DNA from: Eledone cirrhosa
Taxonomy: Eukaryota
Direction of reading: 5' to 3'
DNA length: 64,000 bases
NCBI GenBank assembly: GCA_964016885.1
Contig: OZ024756.1
Location: forward strand, 33,604,001-33,668,000
Below are positions 13,301 through 28,150 of the stretch, piece by piece. The position numbers and the translations under genes were made by a program. The notes below the pieces were generated by a model. The model made no database searches, was not told where the DNA came from, and saw only the letters and a program-made list of their open reading frames with translations. Each line of letters begins with the position of its first letter. The stretch's first letter is position 1.

Positions 13301-13335
<35 letters not shown>

Positions 13336-13455
13336 TTTCAAAATAAAATAAAATCGATGAATTACAAAGATTCGTACGAGACTTAGAATAGGAATTTAAG
13401 AGTGTTTAATCAATGCATGAGGGACATGTACCAAATAAAGTTCTTGGTTTCGATT

Positions 13456-14012
<557 letters not shown>

Positions 14013-14361
14013 CTTGAATGTCACTTTTACGAAAGGTGAAAAACGATGGAAAGAATAAACGAAACTTTTGCATTTGATTTGCATTGAAAGAAGTAGATAT
14101 TGTCATCTGTATAATAAACCAATTTAAATACTGTCATCACTTGCGATAAATTTCTTTCACTATTCTGAATTCCTATTAATATTTCATGAAAGACTGATAT
14201 AGGTCAGGAATTCGTATCTTTATGCCATACTACTATCACTCCTCACTGGTTTTATAGATTGTAGATTGTCTCTCTTCGTTTTTTTTTTGTTAATACTTTT
14301 TAAAGAAAATTTTATAAAATATTACTTAAGTGTGAACACAAACACGCACACACAAACACAT

Positions 14362-14871
<510 letters not shown>

Positions 14872-14970
14872 GTGTGTGTGTGTACATATATGTATTTATA
14901 TATGCATATATATATATGTGTGTGTGTGTCTGTGTATGTGTGTAGTATGTATATATGTATATATAAATAT

Positions 14971-15100
14971 GTAGCTGTGGAAATGGCTGGAGCTCAGACG
15001 TCGGGGTCCTGACTTTTTTCCTATTACTCACACTACTCGCCTTAGTATCGAGTACTCTGGTGCGTTATGGTCCACCTGGTTTCTTACCACACTTTCTTTG

Positions 15101-15103
<3 letters not shown>
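14971..15103 (+). mobile_element. Penelope-like 3' fragment (HHR 3' half + tail); same family as 57778-57960
   Basis: GAAAT-ggctggagctcagac-GTC-GGGG, then a tail gtatcgagtactctggtgcgttatggtcc...ttgtta(ta)n that is the reverse complement of 57778-57880. Confidence 0.75.
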
Positions 15104-15199
<96 letters not shown>

Positions 15200-15446
15200 G
15201 AATATACAAACATATATAAATATATAACATATATAAGTAAACATGTACATGGCTATAGCCAGCCACTTCAGTCACGTGTCTCCTTAACGTAAGTAACATA
15301 AGTGGCCCTTTGAAATATACTTCCGAGGTGCTTCCAATCTGTTTCAATCTATGTAATTTCATTCATATGGCATGGGTCTACTCAAGTCTATTGCAAATGT
15401 CCCTTCCCTAAAAAACCACATTGTGGGATCTTACACGGTATATAAT

Positions 15447-15818
15447 CGTTTCTACTTTAGGCACAAGACCAGCAATTATCCCAGTTTATTACTGATACTT
15501 CATTTTATCGACCTCGTAAGGATGAAAGGCAAAGTTAACCTAGGCTGGATTTGAACTCAGACCATAAAGGGCCGTAACTCTTTGCTGGAAAGCATGGCAT
15601 CGGACCCTCTACCGATACTGCCAATCCACGGTATATAATTGTTTCTACTTTTTGGCACAAGGCCAGCAATTTAACCAGTGCATTACTGGTACTTTATTTT
15701 ATCGACTCCGTAAGGATGAAAGGCAAAGTCAACCTCAGCGGGATTTGAACTCAGATCGTTAAGGGACGTAACTATGCTGGAAAGCATGGCATCGGACCCT
15801 CTACCGATACTGCCAATC
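15447..15818 (-). mobile_element. Tandem dimer of SINE family A
   Basis: Two near-full copies (15447-15626, 15640-15818) bounded by cacggtatataat at 15434, 15627 and 15819. Confidence 0.95.
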
Positions 15819-17073
15819 CACGGTATATAATGATTGCAAATTGAATCCCCTAAATACACGTACCCTTACCATAGATCTTGTTCTGTGTTTTACTAAAAGT
15901 ATAGGAGGCTGAACAAAATATCAGGGTATTTACCCCGACCATCTAATGCCGAATCGCCGCCTTTGTTTAAGTTTTTGATATGTGGAAACAAAAAACGAGA
16001 CAGAATGACCTAATCAAACGCGCCTGAGTAAATACCCCAGTGTTTGTTTCACATTTCTGCTCTATTAGTCCAAAACAAAATGAGATCAATTATTCAAGAT
16101 GGTGCCCAGCATGGCTGTAGTCTAATAACTCATGCCAGGGAAAGAATAAATTAATAAAATAATAAAAGAATAATTGATGATGACATGGCCATTGTTAGAT
16201 TTGCACGAACAATACATCCAGATGATCAATACTAACATTGAGACTAAATATTAAACAACATTACCAACACACATATAAAGAAAGAAGAATTTTTCCGGAG
16301 AGACTTACGCATCTCATCTCCCCCATCATATATCCCAAATACTTTTGCCTAATTAAAAAATAAACTAATAAATAATGTAAACTATTAGTTTGATTAATTG
16401 GGTTATAATTAATATTTTTATTTTAACTAGGATTACTGCATGCTAAAATATTTAATGATCCTTTTTCCGGAAATGTGTTGTCGATTGGCAGATATTTTGA
16501 AATGTCTCATTAAATTCTTTACAATGTTTACTTATCTCCCTTTACGTTGGATTCAATCAACTTAACGTTGCTTGTTGGTGCTGCTATTTGTGTTGTTACT
16601 GTTATTGTTTTTTGTTATTTAATCGCAGTTCCTGATCGAACAGATATTAATCTTATTTCAACTATGATCATCCTAGTGTTGCGTTTGTTAGACCAAGTAT
16701 CAAGTGTGAATTGGAAATCCATCCGTACTGACGACGTGTGTTCAAGTTCATACAATCAATGGAACAGACCTCTCGTGAGCCTTATATGCAAATTACTGAA
16801 CATTTTAGAGATTCGTATACCCTTAATGTACATCTCAGGGAGATTCAAGTTGGTACATTGTGTCATATGACTGTTGAATCTTCATTGGTTCCGACCTGGT
16901 GTGGGATGAGTTTTCCCAGACTTAAAATGTTGAAGATCTGCGGAGTGGCAAGACAGTGCATCAACGACTCCACCAAGCTCTGTACATTTACTTTACAAAC
17001 CAGCAATGACATCAGAAACCAGACATGGAGGCGAAGTATAAGAATAAAAATTAATATGATAAACGTCTATAGA

Positions 17074-17264
17074 ATAATTGTTTCTACTATTGGAACAGGG
17101 CCAGCAATTACCCCAGTGCATTACTGGTACATTATTTTATCGACCACGTAAGGATGAAAGGCAAAGTTAACCTCGGCGGGATTTGAACTCAGAACGTAAA
17201 AGGCCATAACTGTGCTACAAAGCATGGTGTATGACGCTCTACTGATACTGCCAATCCCCCCACC
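17074..17264 (-). mobile_element. SINE family A, full length
   Basis: Matches the family pattern; flanking near-repeat aacgtct(a/c)tagaataat. Confidence 0.92.
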
Positions 17265-19398
17265 ATATCCACAACGTCTCTAGAATAATATTGACCAATT
17301 GATCCTCATTTTATAGTGGTTGGTGGCAGTGATGTTGTTGCTGTTGTTGTTATTGTTTTGTAGCTGCTGCTGCTACTTTTGTTGTTATTGCTTTTTCTGT
17401 CATTGACTCATTAGAATTTCGCAATTCGAGTTAAAGTGTCTGAATCGTCTCAACAGTAATTGACGCGAGATTTGGAACTTCTAGGAAGAACATAGTTATA
17501 ATAAAGATAACTCACCTTTGCTAGAACATAGTTCATTATATTCAGAATAGGGCAGCTTGTTGGAAGCTGTGATCCATTTCCACCATATGTACCAGTCATC
17601 TAATAGTGTCGACTTACTTTATTTTACCTTGTTTTGTATGTATCAATTTCTGATATAGAAGGTCATATCGATTCATCTTCTAACTTCTTTAACCAGTTGA
17701 TATGTTTATACTGTTGAAGTATCAGAATCATTCAATATATTAGCATAAGCTATCACTCGCACATATCTTCCCTTTGTTGCACCTGTGACGCTGTGTTCAA
17801 TATATTTTGCACGCTATTGTATTTGAAATTCACAACACCAACCTTGCATATAATTTGATGTTAATGGACCTGAGCAAGTTCGCATATCCTATAGAAATTT
17901 TTGCATAGTAATCATATAAGTTGTTTGACACAGGATCCCTGATTGCATTCAAATTTTATTAAACAAAAGAAAGCATGAAATGTTTCAGAGATAATGATGG
18001 GGCACATTTTCGTTTTATTTTTTGTTGTTGTCTTTTTTTAGGAAGGGTGGTGGAGTAAACAATTAACAAATAAAAAATTACTGAGCCTGAAACATGGTAT
18101 TTCACATTTTTTTTTTTAAAGATAATTACTTTAACCAGCATAAAGCATTTCTCCTTCGCATTCATTTCAAAGTGTAGAATAAAATACAGACAGAACAGAA
18201 GCAAAACCAGAATTGACGCCAATAATTGAACAACATTATAGAATTAACAATTATATTACCAACCATTGCCAATATTTCAACATCTGATAACTACATTATC
18301 AGCAAGAAAATAGTTCAACTATATTAAATTTAATTTAAATATATTTTTGCCGTCTTCATTCATAACTATGAAAATTATGTCCTATACACACTCATTAATG
18401 ATGGTGCGTATATACCACAGTACATGCTGCATGGCATTCAGAGTCGTTGTTTTCATATAAAAATCAAGAAACTTTAATATTAATATGCTTCTTTTATGTC
18501 ATTCAATCCTTGTTTTCTCTATGAACATGGCCAATACAAACGATTAATTAGAATTTCAATATTAAACAAACATTAATGTAGTGTTTTAATGTATTTTATG
18601 CATCAGAATATAAACAGATACAATTTTAATATAATCACAAATATCTTCTTTAGGCGAACGAAATATTGTTTTAAATCATTGCATTTGATCTGCAATTTTC
18701 GATGTAATTTTTTTTACTCTTAGAAGAAAATAATTATTCCTGTGCATTAACATGTAATATTCACTACATTGTAAAGGTGTCCGAGCAGTAAAAAAAAAGA
18801 ATAACGTTCCCAGTTTTTATGTTAATGGCAATTTTCTATTATTTGTAACTAGGTTTGATGTCTCTGTTTATTAATTTTAGGCAGCGCATTTAGGGTTGAA
18901 AGGAAAGAATTCTTTGACGGTGTTCAGATAAATTTGCTATACAAATTTTTCCTCTGTATAATAAGGAAGTATTCAACGAAAATCTAAGCTACTCTCGTCA
19001 ATCATTTTTATTTGAATAGACTTTCTTTATGGAAGTATGGATGGATATTAAAAAAAGAAAAGACATTTTGTGTTATATACTGTCGAGTTTCCTTTTTAAT
19101 TACAAGTGAGAAGGAGTCCTAATACAGACTATACTGATGTAACATATTCCCATGCGAAGCTATTAATATATAACGGAGCAGGGATGGAAACTAGATGAAC
19201 ACTTAAATTGTAAAAGGATGCGGGGAAGTGACGAATTGGCACAGTCGTTAAGGCGTCAGTTTAAAAATACCTTGGTATTTGTTACGGCTGACTATACTGT
19301 GGCTCAGTAAACTATGCATTCCATCATGCCCTGAATTCAGTTTGGATATAAAACCCTTTTTTCGTTTGGAAGCCGAATGAGGGATGTCTACTCTATCA

Positions 19399-19489
19399 TG
19401 CCTTTCATCCTTACGAGTTCGATAGAATAAAGTACCAGTAATACACTGCAATAATTGCTGGCCTTGTGCCAAAAGTAGAAACAATTATT
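19399..19489 (+). mobile_element. SINE family A, 5'-truncated
   Basis: tgcctttcatccttacgag...agtagaaacaattatta. Confidence 0.88.
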
Positions 19490-22092
19490 AGAGTGATGAG
19501 GGGAGAAAGGCTTTATGTTATTTGCCGGCATATAGTCGAAGAAATTCACCCCAGTACTTCATAATATAACTGTAACTGTAAATAACTAAACCAGAAATCC
19601 GATTTGACTATACTGCTGTTTAAATCCAACCCTTTGATTGAATTCTTTAACATAAAATTAAATCATTATGCCAGAATGTTTTTGTGAGTAAAATATCGGG
19701 TTAATCCAACCCAGCGTTTCAGAGGTACTTATTACTCTACCGGCCTAAGTATTATTAAAATGCATAGTCGACTGAAGTGGAATTTGTATGCTGAGGTTCC
19801 CTGGGAATTACGTTAAGCGTACATGTGTCTGTGAATTTTCAATCACGTACACGTTAATTTCGTAAAAATGACTGTTCTGTTGATCGAAATTGACGGAGAT
19901 CCATTCCATTCTATTCCACTGTTACAATATTGCATAATGAAGAAAGAAATACACATTACTGTGTCATTTATTTGAGTCGAGAAAATCCGTGTATTTTATG
20001 TCAAAGATCAGAATGAATGAAATACATCAAAGTTTAATCAACTTCTTTCACAACCAGCCAAGAAAAAAAATATAAGGTGACTTTTGCTCCTATAAAATCT
20101 GCAAGGGATATGTTTCCTCATCCCAAAACTCTATATTGATTTTATTAATAAAAGAATCCTCTTTTACAGCATTCCAGAAATGTTTTTTTTATTTCTCAAT
20201 ATTAACTTTGTTAACCTGTCTTTAGATGCTCTGTGTAAAAATGCATAAAAGAAAATTTAGAAAGGCAGGCGACTGATATAATTGGAAATTTGAGGTCAAG
20301 ATCATCCCTGTCTGAACTCACGACTTCATATTCGAGAAATGAAATATGTAACACTGATGAAGCGAAATTGAATAATTCATGGAAGCATGCAAACAAAAAT
20401 GTATCAAAATAATTTATTTTTAATTTTGTTATATAAATTGAAAATGTTCGTGCTGTTTTATTACGGTATCGTTTTCAAATTTCTAGATTATAGTTTACAT
20501 AAAATATATATGGTAGCTAAACATGTGTTGTTGCCATTGGGGAAAGAAAGATTCTACGGAAGAGTAAAGCTCATGATCCTTGGGCTATTTGCTTCCAACA
20601 CCCACAGAAGTTTGTGTTGGAAGCAAAGAATCCAACGTGAAGTTTACCTTTGTGATTCATATAATGTAGAGTGTCAATGCTCATGACTTATGGGTTAGTG
20701 TGTTTGCCATATGAGAATACGCGGCTGAGTTCGGTTTCCAGCATCCCTCGCATTGTGTTCTTGAGCAAGTCACTGAGCAGGATAAATTGTTTATATACTT
20801 ATTCAGATGGCTTGCTTTATCACATGCTGTCACATAGAATCAGTCTGAGATTTACATTAAGGCTATCAGTTACTTTAATGAGCAGTCTGCTTTGTTTGTT
20901 CGAATAACTTGAGCAGATGCAGCATAGTCCATATAATACTGACATCATTAAACCTGTAGGAATTACAAATCATTTATTCATTATTGAATACGGTGGTACT
21001 TAGGATTGTCTTATTTGAAGTAGTTTTAGCAGCTTGCAGTTTGCCTGACCACATAAACGTTTCCACACGGAGTAGTGATATTTGAATTTCATATAGGACG
21101 CTTAAAGGCTATTGCAGAAATAATTTCGTACATGAATATAATCAATGTCAAGGCTTTAATTCGGCAGCTTAATATAAACTGTTGTTCAGCGCTATACAAA
21201 TGAAACAAACTTGATTTAGTGTTAGCAGCCTCATAATAAATTTAAACTTCTTTGAGCAGGAAATATAGCGAATTACATACACATTTAAATATGTTAACGT
21301 CATCACATCTCTTAACATTAATAACTGTATTAATGCGAATTTTAATTGCAATAATGCCATGACAAGCAGGTATGAAGTGGCAATCAAAATATCAGACTGC
21401 TCAATGCATAGATGCCATTTTGGTTTAAGGATATGAGTAATTAATCTGAAGGAGATCGCAGAGTACTACATCACAATGGAACAGTTTAACTATTTATAAA
21501 TCGGCGATAAAAGATTCCGAGGCTTTTCTTAAGTTTCTGAAAGATTATCTTCAGCATATAGTAAAAAGAAACTACTTCCATCTTAATGAATCCTCTAAAA
21601 TACCTAGTGAAACCTACAATTGAGAACTTTCCCCGCCCTAATCTGTGGCAGTGCTGCTGCTATAAGCCAAGAAATCTCAAACCTCATGTGATGAAAGTCT
21701 ATCCGGTTGTTTTCTATGAAGTCATTTACAAAGACAACCTAGAATCTGGCCCATATACTATTTAATGAAATACAATAGAGTTTATTTCATTAGAATTGCG
21801 GTCTTGAAAGGGTTATTTATATGCTACTAAAACTCTGTGATTGTGTGCTTGTCTGTAATTTAATACAGACAAAGCGGCGCATAATGGGAAAATAATTTGA
21901 AAAGAAATTGCCCCTTAAATGGGATTACAAATGGAATAAAACAAGGTTCGCGTTAATCCGAGCATGGGATCCCCAAGATACGGGATTTTTCCGGGTACCT
22001 TCATAAATAAAGAGAGAGAAAGAGATAGTGGTTGTGAGAGAGTAGATTGAAAGAGAGACATAGGGAAATGTTATGTATACACACACACATAC

Positions 22093-22273
<181 letters not shown>

Positions 22274-22380
22274 ATTAAAATATAAGGATTAAAATACTGG
22301 AGCGTGTTGGAGTTAAACACCCTCTTTGTATTATGGAAATGACAGTAAAAGGTATAGCTCAATGTAATTAAACAGAGCCG

Positions 22381-22685
22381 AAGAATATCTCTAATTTCAA
22401 ACATGTTAAGTTTAAGAATTCTACTTCTTTAGCACACTATATCTGGGATCTTAAGGGGGCTAATATACCATATAGCCTTAATTGGCGTTTAGTAGCACGC
22501 TCTAATAACCTTTCTACACATACTAAATTTTGTAATCTCTGTATCCTCGAGACACTCTATAATTTTCTCTAGCGAATCCTTACTTAATAGAAAGTCTGAT
22601 ATATTCTCTTCTTGCCCCCACGCTATTTCTAATTCTTACTTTTATTATAAACCTAAAGATTCTAGTAGTATAAATTGTATCCATT
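22381..22685 (+). pseudogene. Penelope-like GIY-YIG endonuclease C-terminal fragment, frameshifted
   Basis: Manual translation: [57 protein letters not shown] / FSSESLLNRKSDIFSSCPH. Matches the ST.L..YIW.LK...W...C.LC..E...LLN..S....C.H pattern I recognise from PLE endonucleases. Missed by the ORF track. Confidence 0.8.
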
Positions 22686-23892
22686 AGCTGATATATTCCA
22701 TTACTTATTTTTTAGTTTAGGTTCTTTTTGTTTACCACCATTATTATCATCATTATTATCATTGGTTTTTGACAACTCTTTATTCTAGCTCTCACAATCT
22801 TTTGACTACTATACTATATCTATCTTCTTACGCATTAAATTTTCACTATTAACACCTTATAAGTATATATCTGATTATATATTTTACATTATTTTATTAT
22901 TTCATTTTATTTTATTTTATTTTATTTTATTTGGATTCTTCATTGGATAACCCCCCCCCCCCATTCTATTTACTGTCTGGCCCTTACTCACTCATCCACA
23001 TATATGTCTGTTTACCATCCTTGTAATTATAAGTAATTATATATTATATTATGTTAATTATTTTATATTGTATTTGTTATTGTACTATCGATCCTTATTA
23101 CTTACCGTTGATTATATGTACCATTGTGATATGTTAAACTTTATATATCATGTAAGATGTTTATATTTTTGTACCATCATAATTTTGGGTATTGTACAAT
23201 TTATATATATTTTTTTCTCACCTACTCTGTAACTCTATATGAATTGATTTGTTAACTTGCATGCCATTATATATTATATATGTTATTATATTATTATTAT
23301 AGTATTATCGTGACACCTATATTGTTTGTGTAAATTAACCGGAGATTATCTATTATATTATATTATATAGTATATAATTGTATAGTTTATTATATATTAT
23401 ATGTGCTACTTATACTTATAATTATAACATATTATTACCTCATGTATATTAGATATACGTATTATTATTATTATTATTATTTTTATTCCTATCATGCTTA
23501 TTTATATTTAAACTCTTAATAAGGTTTAATTTGTGCTGTTGAAGATGGATATGTGTATTGATGTATGTGTATGTGTGCGTACGTGTGCGTACATATATAC
23601 ATATGTATATTGTACCTTTTAATTTTTATTGTAATTTTAATATTGTTACAAGTATATTATATTATATAGTATTATATATAATTCCAGCTCTATATAACCA
23701 CCTTTGTTTAGCTCTAGGTTTTTTTTGCTTTGGACTATATTTGTAATATGGTTCTAAATGTTATACACCTCCTTAGTGAATTTTATTATATATTTTTACC
23801 CATAATCTTGCAATACTTTAGTGTATGTACACTCCATATTCTTCGGAGTTTTCGGCTTGTATTGGCCGATAATACTTCTTGTTGTTTTAATT

Positions 23893-23930
23893 GCCCTGAT
23901 GAGTCCTTAATAGGACGAAACATTGTTGGC
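23893..23930 (+). ncRNA. Type I hammerhead ribozyme, intact core
   Basis: GCC-CTGATGA-GTCCT-taat-AGGAC-GAA-AC-att-GT-T-GGC followed by tAATAAA; GUU triplet. Confidence 0.9.
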
Positions 23931-23974
23931 TAATAAAGACTTTTGATGTATTGAAGGCTTCTTTGTTTTACTTC

Positions 23975-24038
<64 letters not shown>

Positions 24039-24178
24039 TGGGCCTTCCAATTTCATTTTACATTATATACATGTATGCGTATATATCAATTATTTAAAAA
24101 TAATTTTTAAGTGAACGTGATCTAAATAAAATATTTTTAAGTGAACGTGACCCCACGGGCCACAGGTTGTCTAGTATA

Positions 24179-24333
24179 TAATGGTTTCTACTTTTGGCAC
24201 AAGGCCGGCAATTACCCAGTACATTACTGGTACTTTATTTTATCGATGAAAGGCAAAGTTAACCTCGGCGGGATTTGAACTCAGACAATAAAGGGCCGTA
24301 ACTCTTAGCTGCAAAGAATGGCGTCCGACCTTC
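24179..24333 (-). mobile_element. SINE family A with internal deletion
   Basis: Family pattern lacking the ccccgtaagg segment. Confidence 0.9.
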
Positions 24334-24733
24334 TAAGTCCATATCTTATCCTCATAGCCAGAATATACTTCACGACATAGCAAGATGTAGCTAAACACTA
24401 TAACACATATTGTTCGGTACTCTCTATTTAGGTAGGCACCCTGACGACTCTATCGTTTATTAACGGCCTCTTCCTTTCCAAATAATGTAAAATTCAATAT
24501 AATTCAGTTTGTCAAATATGGCTGAACTAATAGAGAAATTAAGCAAAGTTTGTAAAATGATGTGTTGCAGGGAATTATTTATTAATATTTTTCCAATAAT
24601 TTTATTTTCCAACTCCGGTGAGAAATAACTATTTTCATTTATTTTTCAAATCTATTCCGTGATGTGTTAATAATTCTAGATTTTACTAATGCATGTAAAT
24701 ATATGAACATATACATATGTATATATGTGTATT

Positions 24734-24780
<47 letters not shown>

Positions 24781-24856
24781 GTATATATGTGTATTTATGT
24801 GTATATATATATATTTATATATATATATTCATATATATATATAAATATATATATTT

Positions 24857-24913
<57 letters not shown>

Positions 24914-24974
24914 CATATATGTATATTAAATATATATATATATAAATATATATATATATATTTATACATACATG

Positions 24975-25012
<38 letters not shown>

Positions 25013-25050
25013 AACATATATATATAAATATATATATATATGTATGTTTG

Positions 25051-25114
<64 letters not shown>

Positions 25115-25799
25115 TATATATTTATATATATATATATATACATACATGTGATATATATATATACTTATTCGCACATACGCAAACATATAAGCACTTGTAC
25201 TCGTACACACATTTATATACAGAGTGTTGATGTCACAAAAGTATGTTTACATAACTCCCCCAGTAATACAGTTAAAATATTTAATAAATTTGTAATATAT
25301 AAAAGCATAAAGCAAACGTATGAATAATACACGACATTGGCTGTTGTATTATAGTTATAATTTTTGTTGTTGCAGGTGTAATAATTCCTGTTTTTTATAA
25401 ACGTAATAGTTTTCCATGTTGTTTTTTATTGTGTTTTAATTTAATATCTGTGAGTTAACACTGGTTTTGAATTATTAAAATCTAATGCATTTCGGTATTA
25501 AACATCCAGCAAATTATAAATTACATATCGCGCTATCCACTGTATTTCGTTGTATTATTGGGTAGGTCGTCAACTATGAAATTTGAAAAAACATTTTCCA
25601 ACTTTGTTTTTTTCTACAAATTTCATACTTGACGATCCAATAAGGTAAGAAAATGAACAAATGGCTCCAAGTAAACTATTTAATTTATTATTATTTTTTT
25701 TTTTTTGTCTTTCCTCTTTTCTGGTAATGCCTGCCGGCTACTGCTCCTGGCAGGAAGATACCTGAGTTGAAGTGAGAACGCATAGTGCCGTATTAGATA

Positions 25800-26174
25800 T
25801 CTTTCTTTATTTGCCACAGGGGCGTACAAAAATGGGACATTACAAGACATGACGGCGGGGGTTTTGCATAAAAATCATATAACTTTAACATTAATAAATA
25901 ACAATAAACTATATATAATAAAATAACAATTGAAATCCCAATAGGGGGAACGTTACTGCAGTGTTGTTCTACGCTCCGTGGATAGAACAACCCTCAACAC
26001 CAGGAACACGTTTTGTAGGTGTTTCTGTCTTCCCTCTGTTTATCTTCCTGAACCTACAGGTTTATGTACAGAGAAGGCCCATTCACTCGGGCCATTTTCT
26101 CCACATTCACCCACCTTTCAGCGAATTTACTGGGGTGTAGCACCTATCTCTCCACTCTCACCTTCCTTCTGAAA
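25800..26174 (-). mobile_element. 5'-truncated Tx1/L1-like LINE 3' end with 14-bp TSD
   Basis: Minus translation FRRKVRVER*VLHPSKFAERWVNVEKMARVNGPSLYINL*; 3' UTR ends aataaagaaaga. TSD tgccgtattagata at 25786-25799 and 26175-26188. Clade call is from pattern recognition. Confidence 0.75.
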
Positions 26175-26668
26175 TGCCGTATTAGATAACGCTTGTTTGA
26201 ATTTGGCTCTCTAAGAGCTCCGACAGCAGTTTCCGTCTTTCAATTTCCACTCGCAAGCATTAGTCAATCGTATACTTTATAAGATGCCACATGGCTGAAG
26301 TGCTGCTTAGAGCGAGCGAGTAAACCTTGAACTAGATGGTTGAGAAGCGAACTCCTTAATTCCACAGACATGCCTGCTCCTATTAAGTTCCATTTCTTGT
26401 TTCTGTTATCATAAAATATTTAGAGATAGAAGAGTATATTAGAAGTAGATGTAAAGATATATGCAGGCTATCGAAAAGTGAAAGATTATATTCCCTATAG
26501 AAAGGCATTTGCTACGTGGAACATTCACTGAAAGATTCAATATAAATACGCACCATATTGTGTTGTAAATAAAGTAGGTTTGTGATAATTATGATAATAT
26601 TCCGCGCATTGAATTCATTTTCTCAGCCATTCCATTTTCACGCCACAATAATCCTCAGGACAAAACCC

Positions 26669-26807
<139 letters not shown>

Positions 26808-26886
26808 TGTATACATACAGCTTCATATATAAACATGTTCTAACAGTATATATTCTCCTTTGTAATCCTTTCATTTATATACATAC

Positions 26887-26927
<41 letters not shown>

Positions 26928-27602
26928 GGTGTATATATATATAGAGAGAGAGAGAGATGTGTATATATCTGTGTGTGTGTGTGTTGGTGTTTGTGTGTGT
27001 GTGTGTGTGTGTGTGTGCGTATGGAAGTATGTGTGTTCCTATATACGTGTATATATGCATATGTGTATGTTGGTGTATCGTCGGGGGTGAGTGTGTGTTT
27101 GAGTGAGTACGACTACGTTGAATACTGATTTAAGTTTCTTATTGCAACTGCTGCAGTAGTGAATTTTTATTACCTTGTATAGTCACAAGTCGAAACACAG
27201 GAGTATGTACTCTACATATTTAGTTACAATAAATATTTTATATATTCTTACTTCATAACTTGATATATGATATATGATAGACACACAACAAGCTGCCATC
27301 AGTAGTCATATATCAAGCAGTAAAAATGTAGCGGTTACTAATGCTTTTGACTTAAAGCTACTGAAGAATTATTTCTCTCTAAACAAGGTCTTCCAATACA
27401 TGGAGACTACGAACAGATACAACAAGAGAAGCGTTTATCTCCTCTATGACTGTTCATAATTTTTACTCGTTTCCTATTTTTCTACATTTGACCTTTTTCC
27501 TTTTGTATTATTCTTTCACTTCGCTTGTGGGGTTTGTGAAGCATATAACATCATCGGTGAGCTAAATGTTACGTGTTCCTCTCAATTAGTAAATGGAAAG
27601 TA

Positions 27603-28150
27603 AGGTTAACTTTGTCTTTCATCCTTACGGGGTCGATAAAATAAAGTACCAGTAATGTTATAGAAAAATAAGGTTATTGCTGGCCTTGTGCCAATAGTAG
27701 AAACAATTATTAAGTAAGGATTGGCAGTATCGGTAGAGGGTCGGACGCCATGCTTTGCAGCAGAGAGTTACGGCACTTTATGATCTGAGCTCAAATCCCG
27801 CCGAGGTTAACTTTGCCTTTCATCCTTATGGGGTCGATAAAATAAAGTACCAGTCACGCACTGCGGTCGATTTAATCGACTTTCCCCTCCCCCCAAATTA
27901 CTGGCCTTGTACCTATATAAGAAACCATTATTAAGTAAGGATTGGCAGTATCGGTAGAGTGTCTGTCACCCTACTTCGCGACAGAGTTACGGCCCTTTAT
28001 GATCTGAGTTCAAATCCCGCCGTGGTTAACTTTGCCTTTCATCCTTACGGGGTCGATAAATTATAGTATCACTAAGTACTGGGGTCGATTTAATCGACTT
28101 TCCACTCACCCCAAATTACTGGGCTTGTGCCTATAGTAGAAACCATTATT
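27603..28150 (+). mobile_element. Tandem trimer of SINE family A
   Basis: Units at about 27603-27710, 27717-27931 and 27939-28150, each preceded by aagtaagg. Confidence 0.93.

Noticed and set aside
15434-15831. Repeat-spacer-like pattern suggestive of CRISPR
   Set aside because: The spacers are SINE copies, the context is eukaryotic, and there are no cas genes.
17512-17889. Minus-strand segment with acceptor- and donor-like ends and coding-like composition
   Set aside because: Stops in all three frames and no recognisable protein.
20352-20372. CTGATGA-agc-GAAA motif
   Set aside because: No room for stem II and no stem I pairing; chance match.
21525-21562. Minus-strand CTGAAGA...GAAAC
   Set aside because: No convincing stem I or stem II.
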